Origin: Klebsormidium nitens
Lineage: Eukaryota; Plantae; Klebsormidiophyceae
Length of the DNA stretch: 64,000 bases
Assembly: GCA_000708835.1 (NCBI GenBank)
Contig: DF237368.1
Coordinates: 16,749-80,748, forward strand
Direction of reading: 5' to 3'
Below are positions 11,417 through 24,319 of the stretch, in pieces. A program made the position numbers and the translations under genes. How positions within the stretch are numbered: position 1 is the stretch's first letter; each line of letters begins with the position of its first letter. A model generated the notes under the pieces. It did no database searches. It saw only the letters and a program-made list of their open reading frames with translations, and was not told the DNA's origin.

Positions 11417-14400
11417 ATGGCCCCGTCCAAAGGCATCCGGCCGCTGGGCATGCAGAGGAACAACAGCGAAATTCCGGTGAGTACTCGAGCTCGACTTTAG
11501 TACGCGCTACCGATCGACGAGTGAAGTTTTCGAGCTTTGCATTTTGCACTATTGGGGAACGGATGCACTGGGCTGTGTACTTTGAGATTATTGGAACGGG
11601 CGCATTGGGCTGCTTTGTCGAGCCAGGATATTGTAGTGGATAGTAGTGGGTGAGACATGGGGTGGGAAAGGGTCACCTTTTCCGAAGATGCAGGAAAGCG
11701 GTTGCTATATATATGCGATGCACTAGGGTCTGTTTGTTGGGGAACGGCGGTCCGATGAAGCTCAGAAGCGTGGATGATGACGAGGAGCTTTGTTGAGAGC
11801 TGTCGGACGGACACGAGTCGCTGACTAGAGATGGTTTGTGGCGTCCGAATTTTGACGTTCCTTGGACGTCTCTTCGGGAAGCCCACAATCAGTAGCTCGA
11901 GAACGTCTCAAATAAGACTTCGTTCGAAAGCGCAGCCCTTGTCCTTCAACGTTCACGAATCTCTAGAAGTCAAGCGTACTCAGCGGCCTGCTTTAACACA
12001 CTTTCCAACAGCCGTTTTCATCTCGTTGACGTTGCCGCCTGAGCTCGTTACTGCGCTGGTTGCAGGCCCCCAACAAGATTCTGGAGCAGCGGGAGCTCGA
12101 AAAGCAGAAGGTGAAGCCACCGTTCTTTGCCCAAAGCGAAAAGCCAAGCCACGTGTGGATCTAAGTGGATCTGAACAGACTTGCGAGTTTCTTTAGAAAG
12201 CTAGGCGTGTACGGATTGCTAAGCAACCAAGTAAATTGGGAATCAGTACCTCGTCAGATGCGCTCGTGGGCTGCCCCCATCTTCTTTTTTCAAATAATGT
12301 TCTGTCCGTTGTCAGAATCTTCAGCACTGTCAGATGAGCTTACCCATCTTGCAAGATGGCTTTTGCCTTAATGGTGAGGTAGGACGAGGACATTTTGAGC
12401 TAGATACCGAGAACGACACGGGCCACGTGCATCTCCTCGCTCCAATACCTTGCATCCGCAGCAATCCTAGCCGCCCAAACTGACGATACAGTCAAGCTCA
12501 GAGCTTGCTAGATACCTGGCATCAGGCTGACTTGTGCAGCTGTGCTACGAGAAGGAAACGGGCCACGTGAAGATTCTGGTCAGCTCTGTTTTCATTTCTC
12601 CAGCCGTGGCGATTCTGCCACTCTGTCTAGAGTGATCCACCTCATGGGCGCTGACGTTGCGCTGACGTGTGCAGCGGCACCACGAGAAGCGGCTGATCCA
12701 ACGAAGACTGGCCCTCGCAATCGCTCTCCATTTCACTCATAGGTATCAGTCTTATTTGGCTGGAGTTGACTGCGACTGGGTTATAGGCTCTAACGTCGTG
12801 CTGACGTGTGCAGCGGCACCACGAGGAGCGGCTGAGCCACGTGAAGAGTACGAGCCAGACGAACGCGCGCAAGCGCCTGGACAACACCGTGCCCATGACC
12901 AGCTTATTGCTGCTGCCCGACCATAAGAAGCTGCTGCGGGAGACGAGTGAGGGCCCGCCACGTGGCACTCAATTATTGGCTCCGCTTCGGAAAAGCGACG
13001 TGATGACTATCTTTGGCATTCTTCGTTTCAGGCAGTTAGCTACAGGAATTGCGTGAACGAACCAAGTCTGCGTTTTGAAGCATCTTCTTTACGGCAAACC
13101 TCTTCGGAGACTCGCAGCAAGTAACGGCCACTAGAAACCCGGTAAAGTTTCCAGCTTAGGAATCCTGATCCTGATGGTTCGAGCTTTTGCACTGATGTAC
13201 CGTCCGGTTAACCGCTGGGTTTGGTGAGTACTTTGATGTAAACGGGAAAGCACTTCGAGCTTTCGTTCCTTAAAGACCGTTTCTTGCAAACGTTTTGTCG
13301 CTTAATTTGTTCTTCGCTCTCCTGGATGGAACCCGAGAAAGAACGACGACGCATCGAGATTATATTCGCCCTTCTGGCAGGGCCCTCCGCTATGCTGTTC
13401 TTTGATGAGCTTTTGTTGACCCTCTCCTGAGCTACCTCAAGCCAAGTGTGAGAGCTACTCCAACTTCCAACTAACCTTCTTTTGCAGGCCGGTTAACGGC
13501 TATCGAGTACGAGAACGGCCAACTGTTAGAAAAGCTAAGCACCATCGCAAAGTCCGGCGCGAGGTTAGCGCCCGACGGATCGGTCCGGCCCGGAACGGCC
13601 CTTGGTAACAGCGGAACCGGAAGCAAGTGGCCGTCAAAAGAGAAGGGGCGCCCCGCGTCAGCGATCGAGGGAGGGCTCAATCAGAAGGCGAGGAAAATGG
13701 AGAAAGAGACAATTGCGAGGGAAAATGAGGTAATATAGGATTGGCAGAAGCCTGGGACCAAGCTTTGTTGAGTGTTCGAGTTGAGATAATTGCGTAAGTC
13801 GAGCTTTCACGAGACAGGAATACAGTAGATGGATGTACAAAAAGTCGGATTGAGACAGATCGAAGAAAGCGACTAAGCTTGCATTTCGAGATCTCGGTTG
13901 ACGTCCTTCTAAAGATGCATGAAATCTGTCAGCAAGTTCTGGTCAATCTTTGGAAGCATGGTGCACAGCATTGACTTCACAAGAAGAAAGCACAGGATAG
14001 AAGTCAAATTGGAAGCACGCAGAGGCTGCACTTGCAATAAGAACACGCTCAGTTAGTCCTGCGGGATTTCCCAGCTTTCTCAATGAGACAAACCCTTCGA
14101 AGACAAAGTGACAGACGACCAATATATCCCGAATATCTCTTTTTCCCAGGTTCTGTTGCACCGGTTGCTCAACGCCCGGGGCAAATACCGCCGGGCCGAG
14201 TGGCAGGAGCACGAGCGCCTCCACCGGTTACGGATGACCCAAGTCTCCCGGTACGGTTCCCCGACCCGATTGCACAAAACCCAAATCCAAACCCAAAGTC
14301 AAACCCCAAACCCCAGACCTCCCTCCCGGTATGGATCCCCGACCCCGCCTTCGCGGCTCGGGGTTTTGAAGTCGCTGTCGCGGCCGGCTTCTCCCGAGCC

Positions 14401-15181
14401 GCGGCCGCCTTCGCCGCTTTTAGAAAGGATGCTCGCGCCGTTGGGGGCGACCACGATGCCCCAATCGCCGGAGGTTGGTCGCCCCAGACCGCCCGAGAAA
14501 GTGTTGCGGGTCCCCCGGTTGGACCTGACGGCGGCGATCGCGTATCAGGAGGGAGGGGGCAGCGCAGGAAACAGCGAGGAAAAGGTGAGTCGGAGAGTCG
14601 ATCCATGACAGAGAGCAGGAGTCCGAAGGACGGACAGCTCTTTTATAGATACTTGCAGAGGTGTCTACCTGTAGCAGAGATGCGGAGAAGCAGTATAATA
14701 TCCTGTTCGATGATCTTGACAGATTGTTTCGGCGGTACAGGATTCAATTACTTTTCCAAGAAAGTGAAGCAGATGCAGGAAGTGAGCATGTTACGAAATC
14801 GTCGTCAGCTTGTCGAACGTTTCTCTGAGTAGAATCGTTACGCGCTGCTTCTGGCCTCAGTTTGAGTCGCTTGATCCGCCCCCTTCTCCGCAGGGTCTGA
14901 ACGAGAGCCAGCCGCCCCAGAAAGCGTCCACCTCTAGTTACGGCGCGCCCCAAGCAGTGCCCGGGGGTTCGAAGAATCGCCCACACACGGCGATGCCCTT
15001 TGCCAGTAAGAATCTGCAGTACGTCCCTAGTCCGGTGGATAGCGACACGGAAAGCGAATCAGACTACTCAGAAAGGTTTACGGACGAAAGTAGTGTTAAT
15101 GCGCGCGAAACAAAGGACGCGGCGCGGCCGCCTGTCCGGAAAGTCCGGATAGCCAAACAGGAACGGACTTGGGTCACGTGA
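11417..15181 (+). CDS. CFAP97/KIAA1430 (Hemingway)-domain cilia/flagella-associated protein
   Basis: Exons 11417-11476, 12066-12110, 12814-12946, 13488-13729, 14150-14584 and 14894-15181 splice in frame with GT-AG borders. Protein: MAPSKGIRPLGMQRNNSEIPAPNKILEQRELEKQKRHHEERLSHVK...LDNTVP...KKLLRETSRLTAIEYENGQLLEKLSTI...GLNQKARKMEKETIARENEVLLHRLLNARGKY...W. This fits the CFAP97-domain pattern (H..RL..K..DN.P; KK...RL..IE.EN..LL.KL; LN...RK.E...I..EN..L..RL) recalled from memory. Confidence 0.72.
12528..12850 (+). repeat. Three tandem ~135-bp-spaced copies of the branch point + 3' splice site + start of exon 3 (two upstream decoys, third is the real exon)
   Basis: ctgacttgtgcag|ctgtgctacgagaagg..ggccacgtgaaga (12528), ctgacgtgtgcag|cggcaccacgagaagcggctga (12662) and ctgacgtgtgcag|cggcaccacgaggagcggctgagccacgtgaaga (12801). 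Confidence 0.85.
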
Positions 15182-16565
15182 GTACATTGATGTTCCTGTT
15201 ACATAAAAGCTAGAAGCGCTCGCGTCTGTAGAATTGCTTTTAGTGCTGGATAAGGAGACCGATTCTCCAAAACGTCAAATGAATTGTAGAAGGGAAGCTT
15301 AGTAATCAATCATAGTCAATGTATAACCTATAGGTTGCAGGTTGTCAAGTGTCAGGGCACAAACAGAGTAACTAGCTGTTTCAATCTAGCCAGCATTCAT
15401 GGTGACCTGTGTGCAGATACCGATATTGCAATGCTGCATGTTTCACATGCGTGTCATGCGGCTGCATTAAAGAATAGATGAACGGTTTTTTCAGATTCCA
15501 CGGCGGGCCCGCAGCTCTGACTCAAGTATCGCGTTCATGTGCGACTCCAACGATGATATCCTCTGCAGATATCGCGGTGGTTCCGAGTACGTCAGATTAA
15601 GTACGTCACATGCATGGCTATATTATCGAATCAGCTGGCACATGCCGAAATCGGCCTACTAAGCTATTATGTAGTCCGGGCGGCCGCCGTACGTTTTGAG
15701 GGAATCTGCAAGCCTATAGTGAATAATCGGCGCATTCACCAATTAAGTATTGCATGCTAAGTTCGTCATGCACATGTTACAAAGTCAGTAAAAGTCATAG
15801 CCCATGAGTATCCTATATAAGTCTCAGTGGCCGCGGCCGCCGGTTCAACTTCGGATGTCACAACCCTTGAGTCTCCAATTGTACGGTATGGAGGTGGAAC
15901 TTGAATGACGAATATATTCGTCATAGACTCGATGGCATTGATTCGATTATCCATGCAAGCGTGAATGACCATGCTTCCTGCAAGAAATGATCACGAAGGA
16001 CTGCCTCAATACTTGACTCGTAGTGCTGCAATAACTGAGAAACTATCGTATGACTATCGACTCTCCCAGTAATGGTTGACACAACGACCACGCGTCCAAG
16101 GCTGTTATGTCGAAGAAAGCTGAGCTCGTCGGTGTTCACAACTGTGACATATGGATGCCGAAATGATCATGCGCGGAAACGAGCCCTCTGTATGCAAAGC
16201 TAATTTCCTAGTTATTGTCTCCGACCAATTCCTCGGACACTTGTGGTTTACAGCTTGCTAAGTGAATACAGTGCGAGCTCACAACACACAAATCCTCTGA
16301 AAGTGTCATTTGGAAGTACTCTAAACTCTTGCTTTTGCACCAACTGACTCTGCTCTCGTTCCGCCCGACAACCTTCCCCTAAGGTGGCTCGCAGACAAGA
16401 CAACAGGTCTTCGTAGTGCTGGCATTTCTATCAAATGGTCAGCTCATCAGACGCAATCTGCGGATCCTGGATAGGCGTGCTTATGAGGACCCGCGAAATC
16501 GATATGGCACGCTCCGAATCGTTGACAGTCGCTTAGGTCAATCAAGACCATGCTCGTTTGCATAT

Positions 16566-19500
16566 TCAGTGAATCTTAGGCCGCTTCGCAGCAACTGGTA
16601 CGTCTGCTGCGCAATCGCCCTGGCACGCTGGCGTGTCTCCACCATGGTTGAATGCAACCGGCTGCAAGCAGGGTGGACGCACCTTTGTAGAAAGGTCACT
16701 ACAAAGACTGATAGTAAAGCACCCCTTTCTAATTGAAAACAGGATAGATGTTCGCAGTCTCGGTTTGTGTTCAGGTCAAAGAGCGGATCTCACAAAAATG
16801 TGTTGAGAATTACGGACCCACCCGCTAGAAAAGGGTCATATTATTGCTGAAATTCGTGACTTGAAAAGTGCCTCGCTCCAAGCGAGCAAAATGCGTCTTG
16901 GACGTACGCAAAGCGGATCGTATGAGCTTTGCATAAGGGGGGATCCGAAGCATCTTATACGAGAGATGTCTGTCCAGGAAAACTGCAAGGGCAGGCTCAC
17001 CGGTCGCTCAGGGACGATTGCGTATCTCTCCGCAGGAGTCGCCAAGGCTGCAGAAAACAGAGGCCAATTCAGCTGCGAGTAACAACACCTTCCCAGAATC
17101 GGAAAGCCGAAGCAGAACCCCGAAACCAAAACATCCCCTCAAGCGAGCTGTCCACATCATCCCCGAACAAAAGCTCACACACGAACAGTGTTCCACAAAA
17201 AACTCTGTGTTTCTTCGAGATCAATTGCAGTCAAGACCGCCAAACCAGGACCCTCGATAACAAATCCCCTCAACCATTACCGCCCGAAAGAGAACCCCGA
17301 ACCACAGAGGTCCTTTCAGGAAACCCTCCCTCCACGCCAATCTCGTATCAATCCCCTCGAAGTAGACCATTGCACACTTGCATCAGCCTTGCCCTTGAAT
17401 GCGGCCACAGGACCGCTTCAGACCCTCCCAAACAAGACCCTCAACCAAACCCCTCCACAGCAGAACCCCAAAGCAGACCCCCAAGGTGGCACCTTTCCGG
17501 AAGCGCCAACTATTCGCCACCCACCAGACACTAGCACGAAAACGGAAACAAGCAACCAGCACGAAAACGGTAACCAGGCACTAGCCGTCCCGGAGCCAAG
17601 CGAATGGGGCCCTAACAGCCCGTCCAAAAAAGACACTCAGGCGGACCGCAGAGGGACGACCAAGAATCGCAGCGCTGCCGTTCAGATTTTGACGTCGAAG
17701 AATGAACGTCCGAGATCTTTTGTTTACACTTGGTTAGGCATGGTTTATTTGAACCTAGGTATCGAAACCGGTCCTACTAAAGTTAGCAACCCGCTGGCTA
17801 AACTTTGCAGACTGGAGTCCCTATATTTGAATCGGACGGTAGCGCTGCGATTTCGACCATCGCGAAGTTCTGCGGTCCGCCTGCACTGCGCACCTGCATC
17901 CGCGTTGAACTTGGAGAAGGCGAGGCCCCGTGCGGCCTGCCCGTCCTTGCTGAGCGCCTCGAGCCGCTTGGGGACACTGCGGTCGACGTTGTCCCCGTGC
18001 CCGAGCTGACCGCTCGTGCCGCGGCCCCACGTGTACACGTTCCCGGCCTCCGTTATGCACGCCGTGTGCCGCCAGCCGCACGCCACCGACATTACGCGCT
18101 GCGACAGAACAAGAGGGGGTGGCGCGTTTATTTTTATGATATCCTTCTATCTTCTCGAAGAGATCTGGGTTGTTCTTCAAGGGAGAGACGAACGCAGGGA
18201 CAAAGTACACAACTCGATTACGCGACGAGATTCGATGTTTTCACAGCGAAGTATTGCTTCCGTGCAGAAATCCAGAAGCTGGGCCGTCTTACCTCATGCT
18301 CCATACCCTTGACCAGTGCCGGCAAGTTGTGGTCAACGTTGTCTCCGGCGCCAACTTGACCAAACTGTAGAAGCGGGCGGTCCAATCAGTGAGAAGCAGC
18401 CGGACATTTGTAAAGGCGGCTTTTAGAGCGGGCATGAAAACAGGCAAATCCGTTCCACTATCGCATGTCCAGGATCGAGACCGATGGAAATCGGACGCCG
18501 TCGAACTCTACGGGCTGGCGTCCCTCGGATCTCGCTGCCCACATGGGGACCGCAACGTACTCAAATTTATTATTTATTTTTAAAGATAATTCAGCGGAAT
18601 AATTTAGCGGAATGATTTGGCGGAGACGTATTTATTCAAAATTTTAATTCATATACTTATATTTGTATATAACAGAGAGACGTATTCAAAGGGACAAATT
18701 ACACCGTTGGTTGAGGAACTCGGGCGACTCTGGTCGAGCATCTGCCTGTGGTTCGTGCGCTTCTCTACTTACAACTGCATGTCAAATGTTTTTCTGTCGA
18801 TCAGACAGCCATTCTGCCACTAGAGCAATTCAACCCACTCGTTGGAAAGACAGGGCGAATGCTTGGGCCTCACAGTCTGCAGGGGCTCGCATGACAACGA
18901 TACTTATAGAGAACCTGGTTGCTCAAAAGGACCCCCGACGAAGAAAAGGAAGAGATCACACGAGGGGAGGGAACCAATATCAGATCGGCTGCCTACCTTG
19001 TTCCATCCCCACGCATACAGCCTGCCGTCGGAGTCGAGGGCCACGGTATGCCTCCATCCGCCAGCAATCTGCATAAAGAGCAAGCGATCCTCACGTTGGC
19101 TTCCGGATCGAAACTTCGTCAATAGAAACCTCTTAGAGCCGATATTCATTTTGAAAAGAGGGATGAAATTGCTGAAAGCAACAGCGGCCGTCTCGTCTTC
19201 CGAGCTGGCGGAGGAGCGCCTGGAAGTATAGAAGCACTTGGACCTGTGCGCGTCCTGCCATCTTCTTTTCACCTCCCAAAGTCCAGTCAATCCCAGGCTC
19301 ACAATGGTCCTTTAGCATCGATTTCATGCTGCTCATTACAGGCGCAGACTGTGTATTGAGAAAACGATAGGCATAAGACAAATGGGTACTTCTTAGGCGC
19401 AGACCAAGTGGACACAGAGCTGTGACCCAAAAGAGCCGAGACCCTACTCTGGCCAAGGCATAGGGAAGCGGATCGCCCTGGTCGCCGCCTCGGGGCCTAC

Positions 19501-22500
19501 ATGGTTAATGTGCATGATTCGGTGACTCGGCCCCCCATCCGAGCGCGGAGGCTTTGAGTGTTGTCGTCTGAGATAACCAACCGGGAGAACGACCGGGATT
19601 GTGACCTGAAGCAGTAGAAGGTTACTGCCACGACTCTTCGATGTAGGATTATCAAAGTTTCGGACCAACAAACTCCGAAACGGAAGCCGGATTCCTGACC
19701 CTCAAACATGACCTGCTCCGCACGCGCACCCACCCGAATCCACGAAAGTAACCCCACCCGTCCCAGGCTAGCATCTTTCTAGCTTACTTTTCTTCATTTG
19801 TGAACTTTTTTGTTACTGCTGCCGCAACCACGCACCTGTCTGATCGTGTGCTCCTGGAGCGCCTCCACCCGGTGCGGCACCAGCTGGTCCTCCTCGTTGC
19901 CGTGCCCCAGCTGCCCGTACTTGCTCCACCCGAATGTGTACATGGCGCCCGACTTGGCCACCACGATCGTGTGCCGCCAGCCGCAGGCGACCATCGTGGC
20001 TTGCTCGTGCTGGAAAGTAGAACAATTCAAACGACTCGGTAATGGAATTTGTGCAGGTTCAAAGGAATGGTGTAGGCGTGAGGTGTGTGCTCCCAGCCAC
20101 AGGCGCTTACGTTGATTGCTCCTGCTAGAATTTGGATTCAGTGGCGGAACTTTCGCAGCTTTGCAGCGAGGGAGTGGGCGCTTTTTTTGTGCCGCCAGAC
20201 TCAGGCGTATTTGGTGGCTTGCTTGTGCTGAAAGAACGCTAGCCGAGTAAGTCAGTACCCTAGCGGATGGTGTGGGCACTGAAGTGTGTGCAACCAACCG
20301 TAGGCGACCATCGTGACTTTCTCATGCTGACGGTTGCAGAAGCCAACGAGTCAAAAGCGGGGAATTTGCAGATTGGAAACAATGTGGATTAGTGACCGGG
20401 TTCTACGAAGCGGAGTCGCTTACATCGTCGATTCTTTGCAGCAAGGTGGATAGGCAATCTTTTTTGGAGCAGGACGGACTGAGATCCGGTTGACCAGAGT
20501 CACTGCGTGCTCTGCTTTGAGCATGTGTTGCTAGCCGATACAGGCAGGAACCTTTTTCTGAAGGCAACACATTTCTTGTCGTGCAGACCAATTCATGCGA
20601 GACATGACAGCGCCTGTTCGTGCATGCAGCAAAACGTTTATTGACGTAAGGTACTGCAGGAACCGCTCTGTCTCTTGGTCGAGTTGTCTGCGCACTGGGT
20701 CTTGTTTGACACATTCCTGGAACAAGCAGATATCCGCTTTGTCAAGTTGCAGATGACACAACCAAGAACACCACAGTTGCAGATAAGTCAAGTTGTTGCC
20801 TGCTTATGTTCATGACAGAGGCCAGCTTCGAGGCTTACCCCAATTGACATAGCCTGCTCCGGCACCAGTCGGTCATTCCTGTCGCCAAGCCCCAGGTTTC
20901 CGTACCGGCCCCACCCCCATCCGTACACTTTCCCGTCCTCCGTAACCGCGGCCGTATGCTCTGCGCCAGCTGCCACCATCAGAACCTTCTTTCCCTGTAG
21001 CAGAACCTTAAATGACTGAGTTACGCTTACAAACGCTTTCCACAGAGTTAAGCGATGTGGTCGAAGTCAATTGAATGACATGTATGGCACATGTTGAAAG
21101 CCTACTTTTGCTGTCTCCCTTTCCTTGACACCTTCTTTTCTCTGGAAAAACAACCCTTGTAAGGAAAAACCTGTTCAGGTTTAACGCCAGGAACGGGAGG
21201 GACGACGAACTTCTCAAACAGATTATCGTGGCACTTTCTTCCAGACTCGGTCAGAAGCTATGGACAAGGGAGATCGAGTCCCAAAACTTGAAGGGGCTTA
21301 CCTGGAATGCTTCCACAGCTTGCGGAACCAATCTGTCCTCTGTATGGCCCAGGCCTAGCTGGCCGTTCTGGTTGCGGCCCCAACTGCATACCAAGAACCG
21401 ACAGCAGAGGAGTCAACTTCTTCCGCAAGAATTGTCAGATAAATGAGTGGTTGGCACAATGCTCGTGTCCCCCCAAGACAACACTGCTCCAGCGGCATGC
21501 CTAAAGCAACCAGACGAGGGGGTTCCATTGGGAACCATTCTCCTTTGAGTTGCTTCATTGGAAGACTTGGCTGTATCCAGTGCTTCAACCATAGCTGGTG
21601 CGCCACAGATTGATGGCCTGCTCCACTATCCTAATATTACAGGCAACCAAGATTGCCAAGCTTCCCACAGAAAGCTCCTTGTCAATTTAAACTCTGGGCA
21701 CTCAGTTCAGGCAGCGCTCAGTTTTGCTGGTCAATAAAAATTCTTCGCACAGATATTGAAGTGGTCAACACGCAATGCAAGCATGGGCTGAAAGCAAAAT
21801 GATTGAGACATGGTTCTGAACAAAGGCTTCTGGCAAGCTCACCTGCGAACCTCTCCGTCATTGACAATGGCAAGGCAGTGACAGTCGCCACAGGCGATCT
21901 GCCGAATCCTAAGACCGTACAAGGCCTTGATAGGATGGGGAACAAAGAGATCTGAGCTGTTCCCATGCCCTAACCGCCCAAAGTCACCCCTGCAGAAGAG
22001 AGATAGGGCTCAATGACTTGTTGGCAATTGCTCCTTGGGACTACATACGCTGACCGAGAGAGCGACGAAGGGCAACCTCAACTGTAGCGTGACAGCTTTG
22101 CAGCATCAGAGATCCGTGGCCTTGTTCAAAAGCAGGCGTGGTCTACTTTCTTGTAGGGATTTGTTGAGGATTGTGTCAAATGCACGCTCACCATCCCCAA
22201 CTATACACCATCTTCTTATTCTCCGTCCAGGCTGTGGTGTGGTCTGCCCCACAATTGATCGCAGTGATCTCTGCATCCTTCAACGTCCCTATTATGACGG
22301 GAAGCGTCTGTTCCTCAGCATCACCGTGCCCCAACTGCCCGTCCTCCGCTCGGCCCCAGGATGCAACCACACCCCCCGCTGCATGGAGATGCAACCTTTC
22401 AGCATTTATCTAATGCGGCTAGCCTTCTGTTTGCTTCATGTTCTCAAGAGCAGCGCCAAAGCCTTGCCATGAACCTCCTACTTGAATGCTTTCGGCATCT

Positions 22501-23462
22501 GCTGGTTGGGCAAATGAAGGTGGTCAAAAATGTTAGTTCTGATATTTCATTCGCATGCCAAAGCTCAACGCCAGTCCTCAGCAAGTACGTGCAATGTGAC
22601 GGGAAGCCAAGGAAGTAATTACACCGCCATGCAGAGCAAGCCAATGTCCATGAAGTATGAGCGGGAAGTTCCACGATCTCCACTGATGGACCTTCAGTCT
22701 GTCTCTCTTCGCCCTACCTCCTCACTGCTTTCATATTATCTTCTGACAAGAGACCAGAGGAAAGAACTCATGCAACCTCATTAGCTTGCAAACGAGCCAA
22801 CTCCATAGAGATTATTATGTCACAGAGTGATGGCATGTAGAATGAGATGAAAAGGACGGAAGCAAGTCAAATCACGTTCAATGCAGAACACACAAACCCA
22901 AAATTGTTTGCATGAAACATAAGAAACACTGCCTCTAGTTTAAGAAACTGGAACAGCGCGCGTGCTGGTCGCATAGCTAATGTCCCTTCTTTTGCACTCG
23001 ACGTCATGATCAGTGGAACTCTTCCCAAGAGACAAGGACATACGCAGAAAATTCTGCAATGGCTGACCAACAGTGTAAACATGTTGCAGGTCCACATGCA
23101 AATCTCTGCTTTCTTTGCACATTCTGGATACAAAACAAGAGGGCCATTCCCGTTGGTCAACAAAAAGCCTAGGAACACAACCTGTTCTTCAAATGCCCTA
23201 ACTTTTGAAAACTCATGGAGAATCAGTTTCCCAAATTGGCCGAAATCATGAGAATCACTCAATCTGCAAAAATCAATCAATGACAACCGGTAATGTGCAT
23301 TTGCAGCTCATCCCAACTATCAGCAAAAGATGTTCCTGGGTTTGTCGCAGGATAAACCGGGGAGAAGGGGCGCTTACATAAAAGAGCGACGGTGTGACTA
23401 GCTCCAGCTGAGAGCCAGAGCACCTCCATGCTCCCATCTGCCTTTGGGCCCCCATCCATCAT
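16566..23462 (-). CDS. UVR8: UV-B photoreceptor UVR8 (11 coding exons, 440 aa)
   Basis: Exons 23462-23378, 22378-22192, 21989-21843, 21383-21302, 20994-20839, 20009-19836, 19068-18997, 18364-18293, 18098-17894, 17047-17001 and 16661-16566 sum to 1323 nt. They contain SAGASHTVALL, SWGRAEDGQLGHGD, WGDFGRLGHGNSSDLF, SWGRNQNGQLGLG, VAAGAEHTAAV, three GWRHT motifs (the W233/W285/W337 triad) and the C-terminal COP1-binding TPAERYAIVPE motif. Confidence 0.97.
20255..20330 (-). repeat. Degenerate duplicate of UVR8 exon 6 acceptor and 5' end inside intron 5
   Basis: The minus strand reads ccgtcag|CATGAGAAAGTCACGATGGTCGCCTACGGTTGGTTGCACAC (HEKVTMVAYGWLHT), versus true exon 6 ttccag|CACGAGCAAGCCACGATGGTCGCCTGCGGCTGGCGGCACAC (HEQATMVACGWRHT). 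It then diverges to LQCPHHPLGY*. Confidence 0.85.
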
Positions 23463-24319
23463 TGCAAACTCCACCTGCCTCTTGGCTACAAAATGCAGTG
23501 AATATTTCTGACTGTAACCAGTAGAGTGAGCACAAAACTTCCTGGCTCAAGTCAATGCGGTCCCTGTTTTGGCATACGATTGAATGACACCCTCTTCAAC
23601 TATTCCTATGACTGTAGAAGCCCTTCAATTCTGGCACAGACAACGAAACCGAGTTCTGCAAGAGTGGTTGGGCGGACTCTGAGCCGCTTGCTGCAATGCA
23701 GACCAGACAAGATCCCATTTGCATCGCATCACCAGAGGTAAGCCGCAAGAGAATGCCGTTCGGATTGGTAGCCCCCTAGCAAACTCCACAGCAAAGCCTG
23801 TTCATGCGCCCCTTCCGACCAGCGCTCTCTAGACTCTAGTCTTGGCGCTCTGCTGGTCTCCTTCAAGTTCCCTTCGTCAGCAAGAGCGGAGCCATGATTA
23901 TTTTTCAAGAGCAGGAAATTGCGGGACGCAACTGCGGCGGATAAGGTTGACACAAGCAACTTGTTGGCGTCCGTTCCATACATCATCAGCGTAAAGAGTG
24001 TCAAGCCTTCAGGCCCCGTCCGATCTTGACCGATGATCTTCTAAGTCCGTAATGCCACGTGTCCACAAAGCCGATGTGAATACCCTCGAGCGAATCTTCA
24101 ATAATATTGCCGAATACCTACATAGTACAGGGCTGGTCGCTTGTTCACACTCGCTTCACCACCACCTCACGAAATGCCTGCAAATTGCAATGTTCAGCCT
24201 GTGCAAAAGACGGAAGACTGGGACAACCAGCTCCTGCGGCCGCCCTTCCATAGGTATGCCCATATAATAGCAGCATTGGGGTGAAGCGAAGCTGTGAGCT
24301 TGAGCATCTTTTTGGCGGC

